DNA from: an uncultured Pseudomonadales bacterium
GTDB lineage: Bacteria; Patescibacteriota; Microgenomatia; UBA1400; PJMF01
DNA: 57,180 nt
Direction of reading: 5' to 3'
Assembly: GCA_964583625.1 (NCBI GenBank)
Contig: CAZOVA010000004.1
Location: forward strand, 1 to 57,180
The notes under the pieces: model-generated
The model's database searches: none
The model's input: only the letters and a program-made list of their open reading frames with translations
What the model was told of the DNA's origin: nothing
Part shown: piece after piece, positions 1 to 8,283 of the stretch
How the letters are laid out: every line of letters starts with the position of its first letter
Position numbering within the stretch: position 1 is the first letter of the stretch
Made by a program: the position numbers and the translations under genes

Positions 1-137
1 ACAAATTCATTAGCGGTATATTGAGCAAAAGTTTGATCTGAAAAAAAGAATAGTCCAAAGATGGTAATAATTAAACTCAAAACTGAATTGCGAAAAAAAA
101 CACAAATAATACCTAAATAAAATTTTTTATTAGCCAT
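1..137 (-). CDS. 5' part of a secreted or membrane protein running off the window edge
   Basis: ATG at 137-135 gives MANKKFYLGIICVFFRNSVLSLIITIFGLFFFSDQTFAQYTANEF with no stop to the edge. It has a signal-peptide-like N-terminus, and TG-C-TATACT lies upstream. Confidence 0.6.
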   Translation of the reverse strand, partial: MANKKFYLGIICVFFRNSVLSLIITIFGLFFFSDQTFAQYTANEF

Positions 138-200
138 AAAGAGAAGTTTATTAAACTTTTTCTTGAAAAGAGTATAGCACAAAAACGAGAAAAGAAAAAC

Positions 201-1067
201 TTATAAACCTGCAGTTTTTAAGGCTTCCACCGCTTTTCTTTGCGCGCGATTGGTTTTTTCTGGTATGCTGGCAATCAGTCGCACATAAAAGTCACCCTTA
301 CCTTGATAACTAAGACGGGCGATTCCTTGATCGCTCAAACGAACCATTGTGTGTGAAGCCGTCCCTTCGCGCACCTTAATAACCACTTCTTCCGTCAAAG
401 TTTTCACTTTCAGCTTACCCCCTAAGATTAATAAGGAGAGAGGAACTTTGATATCAACAAAAACATCACTTCCTTCACGACGAAAGTATTTATCTGGCGT
501 AACATCAAAAATAATATAAGTTTGACCAAAACGAATTCTGGTGCCATCGTCCACTCCAGCAGGAATCTTTATTTTTTTTCTTTTACCCTCTAGTTCCACA
601 GTTTTTTCTACCCCCAAAGCTGCCTCCATAAAGGTTAGTCTCATAGTGAAAGTTTGATAACGCGGCCTCGCTCCAGCTGCTCGAGAAAAACCGCCGCCAA
701 AAAAAGCATTAAAAACTTCAAAAGGGTCAGAAAAATCAGCATTGGCAAAAGGATTTTCGCCAGTAGAGTAAGTGTAGGTGAATGGTCCTGTCCCAGAAGT
801 GCGATAAGCACCAGCAAAAGGATTGCCCCCCATGCCGCTGCTAGGGTCAAAAGCACTGTGACCAAACTGGTCGTATTTCTGTCTTTTATTAGTATCACTC
901 AAAACCTGATAAGCTTCATTGATTTCTTTGAATTTCTCTTCAGCTCCTGCTTCTTTGTTTTTGTCAGGGTGATACTCAAGGGCAAGTTTACGATAAGCCT
1001 TTTTTATCTCTGCTTCGGTGGCTCCTTTTTGCAAGCCTAAAATTTCATAATAATCTCTTTTTGCCAT
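201..1067 (-). CDS. dnaJ: DnaJ-family co-chaperone (J domain + C-terminal domain, no zinc finger)
   Basis: DYYEILG...YHPDKN J-domain with HPD motif, G/F-rich region and DnaJ_C. No CxxCxGxG repeats. Confidence 0.92.
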   Translation of the reverse strand: MAKRDYYEILGLQKGATEAEIKKAYRKLALEYHPDKNKEAGAEEKFKEINEAYQVLSDTNKRQKYDQFGHSAFDPSSGMGGNPFAGAYRTSGTGPFTYTYSTGENPFANADFSDPFEVFNAFFGGGFSRAAGARPRYQTFTMRLTFMEAALGVEKTVELEGKRKKIKIPAGVDDGTRIRFGQTYIIFDVTPDKYFRREGSDVFVDIKVPLSLLILGGKLKVKTLTEEVVIKVREGTASHTMVRLSDQGIARLSYQGKGDFYVRLIASIPEKTNRAQRKAVEALKTAGL

Positions 1068-1154
1068 AAGTGATTATTATAACAAATAATTCGCAAACAA
1101 CAACTTCAGTTGCTAATCAACGATTAATAATTACTATCAATTTTCTTTCTTGTC

Positions 1155-1183
1155 TTGACATAGAGCCAGCTAAACTTTATAAT
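1155..1183 (+). promoter_or_regulatory. Consensus sigma70 promoter TTGACA-17-TATAAT, 7 nt before the GGDEF start codon
   Basis: TTGACA 1155-1160, TATAAT 1178-1183, ATG 1191. Confidence 0.85.
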
Positions 1184-1190
1184 CAAAACA

Positions 1191-2351
1191 ATGAAAGAAG
1201 TTGAAACCACTGTTCCTTTCAGCCAACAATCTATTACTCAAGATAATGAGGAAAAGTCAGCAATCTCTCTTGAAAAGACTACTCCAGAAACTCCGCTTTC
1301 CGACCTAAGTGAAGAGAGGTCTTTTAAGACAGAGTCTTCTACCTCAGATGAAATAATCTCCCAAATTGTTTTTGGACATCAAGCTCATAGCTCGCCCGAG
1401 TTTTTACATTTCTGGCAAGAAGTTCAAGATCGAGGCTGGCTGAGAGAACTTGTTTTACCCGAAGGCTTTCTTGCTTCTCAAGAAAAAAATAAAAAAAACC
1501 CGCTTTTCCTTTATATGGTGGAGGAAAAATTCCGGCAAAAAATTGATTTTACTTGGCTACAAAGACAAACAGAAATTAACGAGAGCTCGCCAACTCTTGC
1601 CTTTCAACGCTATCCTGGCTTATACCAAAAACAAATTATGATGGCTCTACAATTAGCTATCCACGAAGCTCAACAAAGATGTGATGATTTAATCAATGGC
1701 TTTACTGATCAACGTACAGGCTTGTGGAATCGCCAAACTTTTGACGCCTATCTCCAGCTATTACTACAACCAGAATTCCAAAAAAAACAGCTCAGACAAA
1801 ATGTTTTGGGCTATATTTTTGTGATGATGGATCTTGATAATTTTAAAAATATTAATGATAGTTATGGACATTTGGTCGGCGATCAAGTGATTGCTAAATT
1901 AGCTCAAGCTTTCAAAAATAGTCAAACTACTCGTGCTGAAGATCTTTTTTTCCGTTATGGAGGTGAAGAGTTTGGTTTACTTATGCCACTGAGCTCGGAT
2001 AAAAATATAATTGAGTGGCAAAATCAAGCTGATTTGGAAAAACTTACTCACAGGCTCTTACAAATCCTCCAACCAATCAGTGCCCAACTAAAAGATTTTC
2101 CTGTTGCCGACCAAATTCGCCAAACTATCACTTTTAGTGCTGGGGTAAGTTTGGTGCCGATCAAATCTCCCGCTCTAGCTGACTTTGTTGCTTTTAAGGA
2201 AAGCTTGATTAATAAAGCAGATAAAAATCTTTATTTATCAAAAAATGCTGGTCGCAATCGCCTCACTGTCAGTCTCCCAGCTGTTGAGCAATCGCAGACA
2301 GACCTGAGTCAAACTGTCTTACTCAATCCCCAAGCTACTTCAAAATTATGA
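1191..2351 (+). CDS. GGDEF diguanylate cyclase
   Basis: DQRTGLWNR, MMDLDNFKNINDSYGHLVGDQVI, RAED I-site, RYGGEEF, TFSAGV, ADKNLYLSKNAGRNR. Confidence 0.92.
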   Translation: MKEVETTVPFSQQSITQDNEEKSAISLEKTTPETPLSDLSEERSFKTESSTSDEIISQIVFGHQAHSSPEFLHFWQEVQDRGWLRELVLPEGFLASQEKNKKNPLFLYMVEEKFRQKIDFTWLQRQTEINESSPTLAFQRYPGLYQKQIMMALQLAIHEAQQRCDDLINGFTDQRTGLWNRQTFDAYLQLLLQPEFQKKQLRQNVLGYIFVMMDLDNFKNINDSYGHLVGDQVIAKLAQAFKNSQTTRAEDLFFRYGGEEFGLLMPLSSDKNIIEWQNQADLEKLTHRLLQILQPISAQLKDFPVADQIRQTITFSAGVSLVPIKSPALADFVAFKESLINKADKNLYLSKNAGRNRLTVSLPAVEQSQTDLSQTVLLNPQATSKL

Positions 2352-2436
2352 TGACAAAAATAGAAATCCTTATTTAAGGGATTTCAAGCCCAAATTTGTT
2401 TGCTTTTTATCTATTTGTGTTATAATTTCCCTTAAT

Positions 2437-3387
2437 ATGCGCAAAAAAACTTTTCTTTTATTATGCTTGTTTTTGCTGAGCTGGTTTTTTTATTATCAGC
2501 CCCTTCAAGCTCAAAATTTATTAACTGAAGAACAAGAGGAAGAAGTTCTTATCGGAGATGAAACTACAGAAGCAACTGATACAGCTGAAGCTAGTTTATC
2601 AGCTCTGGTTGATCCAGCGGCTAAACAAACTTTACAAGAAAAAAAAGACAAAGATATTACTGAAGTTACTGGTACTAAAAGTGATTTATTAGCTAGTTAT
2701 TTATTGGGTCAACCCTTAGACAATCCCTCTTGGTATCATTTTTTTCAAGTAGCTATTCGCAAAGCAGTGAATCGGGGTTTGCCCAGCACTCTCTTAGTTC
2801 TGCTTTTACTTTTTCCCTTGGTGGCGACTATTATTGCTTTTTCTCGACATGTAATTGGTTTGCGAGGCTTTGGTATTTATACGCCAGCAGTTTTATCGGT
2901 GGTACTAGTTTCTACTGGTATTCCCATTGGCATTGCTATTTTCCTTGTGATTATTATCTCTTCTATTGTCCTGCGTAAAATACTAAAAAAACTCAATCTA
3001 GCTCACTTGCCAAAATCAGCTTTGATTCTTTGGGGAGTTTGTGCCACCGTGATTGCTTTCTTGATTCTCATGGCTTATTTCCGCTTTGAGATGTTTTATT
3101 CTCTGACAATTTTTCCGCTACTTATTTTGGTCTCTTTGTCAGAAAATTTTACCAGCACTCAGTTGGTTTCCAATACCAAAGAAGCAATTAAGCTAACTTT
3201 CGAAACTTTGATTCTAGCTATGATTGCTACCCTTATTATTGGTAATGAAGGTATCCAAAAATTTACGATTATCAATCCCGAGGTTGTGCTTTTGGTTCCT
3301 TTGATTGCTAATATTTTAATTGGTCGCTACACTGGTCTGCGGTTCCTAGAGATGTTGCGCTTTAAGGATATTTTAAATAAAAAATAA
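2437..3387 (+). CDS. 7TM domain protein (7TM_transglut-like) with signal peptide
   Basis: Signal peptide (LQA/Q), acidic linker, about 7 hydrophobic helices with RHVIGLRGFGIYTP and a C-terminal GRYTGLRFLEMLRF. It lies directly upstream of an ATP-grasp ligase, the usual context for this family. Confidence 0.75.
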   Translation: MRKKTFLLLCLFLLSWFFYYQPLQAQNLLTEEQEEEVLIGDETTEATDTAEASLSALVDPAAKQTLQEKKDKDITEVTGTKSDLLASYLLGQPLDNPSWYHFFQVAIRKAVNRGLPSTLLVLLLLFPLVATIIAFSRHVIGLRGFGIYTPAVLSVVLVSTGIPIGIAIFLVIIISSIVLRKILKKLNLAHLPKSALILWGVCATVIAFLILMAYFRFEMFYSLTIFPLLILVSLSENFTSTQLVSNTKEAIKLTFETLILAMIATLIIGNEGIQKFTIINPEVVLLVPLIANILIGRYTGLRFLEMLRFKDILNKK

Positions 3388-3401
3388 TATTAAAAAATAA
3401 T

Positions 3402-4685
3402 ATGTTGAAAAACTCGCGGATCAAAGAAGTCTTGGGCATGAACGCCCGCAATCGGCTTTATACCAGTCAAAATTCTCGCTTTGCCCGTCAAATTTGTCAT
3501 AGCAAGTTTTACACTAAAAGATTGATGGAAGAAAAAGGTATTAATGTTGCCAAGATTATCGCTATCATCAATAGTCATGAAGAGTTGAGTCAATTTAACT
3601 GGCAAGCAATCCAAGACGACTTTGTGGTCAAACCGAGCAATGGTAGCGGAGGTAAGGGGATTGTCGTTTTCACTAAAAGAATTGATGAGCAAACTTATAA
3701 AGATACCATGGGTAAAAAATGGACAGAGGAGGAGATTTCTCTCCACTGTTTGGACATTTTAGAAGGCAAGTATACCACTCATCCTGGTGTGGTCACCGCG
3801 GTGATCATTGAGGAAAGAGTCCAAATCCACCCTCATTTTTACAAACTTTCTTATCATGGAACACCAGATGTGCGGGTAATTGTCTACAATCATATCCCTG
3901 TGATGGCGATGCTGCGTCTTCCTACCAAGGAAAGCGAGGGTCGGGCCAACTTACACCAAGGAGCGATCGGTGTAGGTATTGATTTGGCGGCTGGGATTAC
4001 TACGGGAGCTATCACTAGTGGAGGAATTCCGATTAAATTTTACCCTGAAACCAAGAAAAAACTCAATGGTATCATTATTCCTTTTTGGTCCGAGGTGCTT
4101 TTGACTGCGGTCAAAGCCGCTAAGGCAGCAGAATTAACTTATGGCGGCATTGATCTTTTTATCGACAAAGACAAGGGTCCTTTGGTGGTTGAACTCAATA
4201 CTAGCCCCGGTTTAAGTATTCAGTTGGCTAATAATAAGGGTTTGAAAAGGAGACTAGAAAGAATTAGCGGTTTGGAAGTTCTCAATGATGAACATGGAAT
4301 TAAAATTGCTCAAGCTCTCTTTGCTTCCAATTTAATTGAAAAGTCTCTACCTTCAACAGAAAAACCTGCTATTAGTTTTGTGAATGACGGTGAAATTATT
4401 GATAATAAGAAACACTATCCAGTAACTTTTACAGTGGACACTGGTAGATTCCGTTCTAGTATCAGTCGAGAATTGGCTTTGGAACTAGAACTTTTAGAGC
4501 CAGAAGATTTACTGTGGTTCCAAAAAACAGAAAGTGGCGATAAGGCTCCTGTTATTGAAGTAACTTTTGTTCTGGCTGGTAAAAAGATAAAAACAGCCAT
4601 GCTCGTTTCACGCCAACTAGACAAAGCTAAAAGCAAAATTCGTCTTGGTCGACGTGATCTTGATCAGTTTGTAATCAAAAACTGA
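3402..4685 (+). CDS. Alpha-L-glutamate ligase-like ATP-grasp protein with C-terminal retropepsin-like (RimB-like) protease domain
   Basis: LGMNARN start, FVVKPSNGSGGKGI, GTPDVRVIV, ANLHQGAIGVGIDL, VELNTSPGLSIQLAN. The C-terminus has VDTGRFRSSI and IRLGRRDL. Confidence 0.82.
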   Translation: MLKNSRIKEVLGMNARNRLYTSQNSRFARQICHSKFYTKRLMEEKGINVAKIIAIINSHEELSQFNWQAIQDDFVVKPSNGSGGKGIVVFTKRIDEQTYKDTMGKKWTEEEISLHCLDILEGKYTTHPGVVTAVIIEERVQIHPHFYKLSYHGTPDVRVIVYNHIPVMAMLRLPTKESEGRANLHQGAIGVGIDLAAGITTGAITSGGIPIKFYPETKKKLNGIIIPFWSEVLLTAVKAAKAAELTYGGIDLFIDKDKGPLVVELNTSPGLSIQLANNKGLKRRLERISGLEVLNDEHGIKIAQALFASNLIEKSLPSTEKPAISFVNDGEIIDNKKHYPVTFTVDTGRFRSSISRELALELELLEPEDLLWFQKTESGDKAPVIEVTFVLAGKKIKTAMLVSRQLDKAKSKIRLGRRDLDQFVIKN

Positions 4686-4730
4686 TTTTATCTTTGCTCA
4701 TAAAAATTTATTTTGTATAATAGGTTCTCT

Positions 4731-5840
4731 ATGTTGACAGCCATAATTATTTTAATAATTATTAATCTCATTTTGACGGGATTCTTAATTTTTTCTTCTC
4801 TAAACAAGAAAAACCAAACAAATTCTCTTGATCACATTTTATCCCAGCAAAGACAGGAGCTAACTCTTACCCTCAATACTTTTGGCGAAAACTTGCAAAA
4901 GCAGATTAACCGTCTCACTGATTTAGTAGATCAACGTTTAGAAAAAATGCGTGAGACGGTGGATGAAAAACTCCAAACTAGTTTGGAAAAAAGATTGAAT
5001 GAAAGTTTCAAACAAGTGAGTGAAAGATTGGAAGCAGTTTACAAAGGTTTGGGAGAAATGCAAACTTTAGCTAGTGGAGTAGGGGACTTAAAAAAAGTTT
5101 TAACCAATGTAAAAACTCGCGGCACTTGGGGAGAGGTCCAATTGGAAAATCTTTTGACGCAAATTCTGTCTCCAGTGCAATATCAAAAAAATGTCATTAC
5201 TAAAAAAGGTTCAAGTGAAAGGGTAGAGTTTGCCTTATTGGTTCCCAGCAAAGGTAGCGATGAACGTTTATTATTTTTACCAGTTGATGCCAAATTTCCT
5301 ATTTCTGATTACCAAAGAGTGCAAGAGGCTAGCGAACTAGCCGATCCAGAAGCTTTATTATTAGCTAGAAAAAATTTGGAAAATAGAGTAAAAAATGCGG
5401 CTAAAGATATTTATCAAAAATATCTCGATCCACCTCAAACTACAGACTTTGCTATTATGTATTTGCCCACTGAGGGTCTTTATGCCGAAGTGACGCAAAA
5501 CTTAGCCCTGTGTGAAAAACTTCAAAGAGAATGGCGCACCACCATCATGGGCCCCAATACCATTGTTCCTTTTCTCAATAGCCTACAATTGGGTTTTCGT
5601 ACTTTAGCTATCGAAAAACACTCAGCTCAAGTTTGGACTCTCTTGGGACAAATTAAAAACGAATTTGCCAAATTTGGTGAAATTTTACTCCGCACTCAAA
5701 AAAAACTGACCGAAGCAAGCAATATCATTGACGAGGCCCAAAGTAAAACTAGTAATATTAATCGGCGGTTGAATAAAGTTGATCAAGTCCCAGTTCTCAC
5801 AAAGGAAACTCTGGGTGAAGACTTAAAAACTAATAAGTGA
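4731..5840 (+). CDS. rmuC: DNA recombination protein RmuC
   Basis: NVKTRGTWGEVQLE, LPVDAKFP, TTDFAIMYLPTEGLYAE. Start moved to ATG 4731 because the TTG extension overlaps a -10 box. Confidence 0.92.
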   Translation: MLTAIIILIIINLILTGFLIFSSLNKKNQTNSLDHILSQQRQELTLTLNTFGENLQKQINRLTDLVDQRLEKMRETVDEKLQTSLEKRLNESFKQVSERLEAVYKGLGEMQTLASGVGDLKKVLTNVKTRGTWGEVQLENLLTQILSPVQYQKNVITKKGSSERVEFALLVPSKGSDERLLFLPVDAKFPISDYQRVQEASELADPEALLLARKNLENRVKNAAKDIYQKYLDPPQTTDFAIMYLPTEGLYAEVTQNLALCEKLQREWRTTIMGPNTIVPFLNSLQLGFRTLAIEKHSAQVWTLLGQIKNEFAKFGEILLRTQKKLTEASNIIDEAQSKTSNINRRLNKVDQVPVLTKETLGEDLKTNK

Positions 5841-6637
5841 ATTTTCGGGGGAGCGAAAAAACGAAAATAGGGCGCGACATTACCAATTCCTGGAGAGACT
5901 AACATTCTTGTTTGGGCTGTTTCTATTAAACCAGACAAGTATTCCCAACGTGCAATTTGATGCGGCGAGAAAGGCTGATAGCCAAAAAAACGCAACTGTG
6001 AGCCATGAGTGTGGCCAGCAAAAACAAAGTTAATCCGATCGGTTTTTTTCAATGTGTCAATAAAATTTGGCTGATGAGAAAGCAAAAGGGTAAACTGTTC
6101 CTTGGTTCTTTTTTGCAAAGCTTGACTTAAATCTGGCTGACCGCACCACAAATCACCAACTCCCGCCAAAAAGATTTTTTCTTTCCCTTTGACCAAAGAA
6201 ACACCTCTATTATCAAGCATTTTTATTCCTATTTTAGTTAAAACTTGCCCGATATCACCTGAGGCATAATAGTGATCATGATTACCTAAAACACTATAGA
6301 TACCAAAAGGAGGTTCTTCCAAAGCAGCTAAAATCTCTCCCAACTCTCGTAAAGCCTTGGTTTGTTTTTTTCGAGCAGTTTTAAAAGTTTGCAGATAATC
6401 GCCGCCCATTAAAATCAAGTCCGGCTGTAGTTGATTAATTTTTTTTACCATCAAATTTAAGCGCTTACTACTGGAAAAAGCCCCGTGGTGAAGATCACTG
6501 ATAAAAATAACCTTTAAATTGTGAAAGCTTTTTGGCAAAGCAGGATCTTTTATAATTAATCTTTCCACTCCTAAAGAATAAGTTTCCAAAGCACAATAGG
6601 TAGCTAGCAGACCGGTTAGGGCCATTGAGGATAACAT
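5783..6637 (-). CDS. Metallophosphoesterase (calcineurin-like, YkuE type)
   Basis: SDLHHG, GGDYL, LGNHDHY, LSHQP, AGHTHGSQ. Confidence 0.9.
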   Translation of the reverse strand: MLSSMALTGLLATYCALETYSLGVERLIIKDPALPKSFHNLKVIFISDLHHGAFSSSKRLNLMVKKINQLQPDLILMGGDYLQTFKTARKKQTKALRELGEILAALEEPPFGIYSVLGNHDHYYASGDIGQVLTKIGIKMLDNRGVSLVKGKEKIFLAGVGDLWCGQPDLSQALQKRTKEQFTLLLSHQPNFIDTLKKTDRINFVFAGHTHGSQLRFFGYQPFSPHQIARWEYLSGLIETAQTRMLVSPGIGNVAPYFRFFAPPKIHLLVFKSSPRVSFVRTGT

Positions 6638-6641
6638 AATT

Positions 6642-7661
6642 TTATTTTCTTCCTAAAAGATTGAGAATTTGTAAAGCGTTTGCCTTTCCTTCAGACAAAG
6701 AAACCAACCACTGTAAAATCGGGTAATTATTTAAATCAGCAATTTTTGGTAAAATTTTCAGCGTATTAATGCTCTCGGCGGTTTGGTTTTCCGCTTCTAG
6801 TTTGGCGCAAGCTTGAGCAAAACTCAGACCTTCTCCCAAGAGTACTCCCAAATAACGATTGCGAGTTTTGCCTGTGGCACTCATAACCATATCATTACCC
6901 CAACATTGACTGGCAAAACTAAAAGTCTCAGGTTTGGCTCCCTTACTTTGAGCTAAAATCTCACATTCGGCTGCTAAAAGAGATAGGGCATGAGTTTGTG
7001 TTCCGTGGCTATAACCCAAACCAGCAATAATTCCCAAAGTCAAGGAAATTAGATTTTTGAAACTACTAGCATATTGCACCCCAATTAAATCATCGCTACT
7101 TTGCACTTGCAAATAATCACTAGAAAAGACTGTAGCCATTTCTTCTGCCAAAGGCAAATCTTGGGCCGCGACCGTCATGCCCAAATACTGCTCTTGGGTT
7201 AAATCCACTCCGGTAGTACCGCCAACTAAAACAGCAGTTTTAATAGGTTTATCAGCTAGTTTTTTTTCAATTATTGCTGTTAAAACTTGGCCAGTATCTT
7301 CGTCCAAAGCCTTCATTACACTAATAATCACCAAAGGATTTTTAATTTGATTTTGAATTTTAGCTAAAACCTCTTCCAAGGCTGTGGAAACTACCGCCAA
7401 AACTAAAATGTCTAATCCAGTTAAAAATTTTTCCAAATCGGCTACTAGTTCCACCTTTGACGAGAGAGTTACCAGAGGATAGTGTCGTGGATGAAAACGG
7501 TTTTGAGCAATATAGTTTACTGTTTCTTCTCTGTGATCATAAAGCCGCAACTCCAAAGGAGTCTGAGCCTTACTGTCCAAATAAGACATTAAAGCAAAAC
7601 CAAAATTACCAGCGCCAATAATTCCCAATTTTTTCACTTTTTTATTCTCGACAACAGTCAA
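6642..7661 (-). CDS. gpsA: NAD(P)H-dependent glycerol-3-phosphate dehydrogenase
   Basis: IIGAGNFG Rossmann motif, SFKNLI catalytic Lys, and a GND...T..RNR region. The start may be the GTG at 7637. Confidence 0.85.
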   Translation of the reverse strand: MTVVENKKVKKLGIIGAGNFGFALMSYLDSKAQTPLELRLYDHREETVNYIAQNRFHPRHYPLVTLSSKVELVADLEKFLTGLDILVLAVVSTALEEVLAKIQNQIKNPLVIISVMKALDEDTGQVLTAIIEKKLADKPIKTAVLVGGTTGVDLTQEQYLGMTVAAQDLPLAEEMATVFSSDYLQVQSSDDLIGVQYASSFKNLISLTLGIIAGLGYSHGTQTHALSLLAAECEILAQSKGAKPETFSFASQCWGNDMVMSATGKTRNRYLGVLLGEGLSFAQACAKLEAENQTAESINTLKILPKIADLNNYPILQWLVSLSEGKANALQILNLLGRK

Positions 7662-8247
7662 GAGCCTTATTTAAAGCCGAGCCCAACTTACTCCACCAAC
7701 CTTCATTGGCTGCTTCTTTATTTTTCTGAGTAAAAACTTTTTTTTCTTCTTTTGTCTTAGGAAAAAAAAGGTTGTCATCACGAGAAATTTTTTCCAAAGC
7801 TGCCACTTTAACTTCACTACTTAATTTTTCTTTGCTAATTAGTTTTAAGTTTAGGGCCCAAAATAAATTGTACAAACGATAAGCTTGTTCAAAAAATTCA
7901 TAAGCTTGCTTTTTCTGTGTTGCCAAGGCCTTGGTCCCAACTTCCATTAGGCGCATACTAGCCGCCAATAAATGTTTACTAATACACCAAACTTCACCAT
8001 CATACTCTTTGATTAATTTTTTCAATAAGCTCTTACGCATTTCTCTTGTTTCAAACAATAAATCAAAATAGGCTTTCTGTTCAGTCTTTTGAGCCGTAAA
8101 AAAAAGATGCTCCTCAATGGAAATTAAATTCATCACGGCGATGGACAAATCTTCATCAGAAGATAGGTCCAATTCATGACCTTTTTCTACTTTCTTTACC
8201 TTATTCATGAAAGCATTCAGTTCTTTTTCTTCGATCTTTCCAGCCAT
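7642..8247 (-). CDS. Hypothetical helical protein ending in CCRE
   Basis: Clean ORF with GGAGG SD before ATG 8247, in the same operon direction as ispG and gpsA. Confidence 0.75.
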   Translation of the reverse strand: MAGKIEEKELNAFMNKVKKVEKGHELDLSSDEDLSIAVMNLISIEEHLFFTAQKTEQKAYFDLLFETREMRKSLLKKLIKEYDGEVWCISKHLLAASMRLMEVGTKALATQKKQAYEFFEQAYRLYNLFWALNLKLISKEKLSSEVKVAALEKISRDDNLFFPKTKEEKKVFTQKNKEAANEGWWSKLGSALNKALDCCRE

Positions 8248-8283
8248 AAAAACCTCCTTATTTTTCAATAAAATGTTTTTTCA

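Noticed and set aside
1068-1190. CIRCE heat-shock operator upstream of dnaJ
   Set aside because: There is no TTAGCACTC-N9-GAGTGCTAA-like inverted repeat.
2349-2354. UGA recoding (genetic code 25, seen in some CPR lineages)
   Set aside because: Conserved genes are full-length under code 11, and several end at TGA where homologs end (GGDEF TGA TGA, mutM, rmuC).
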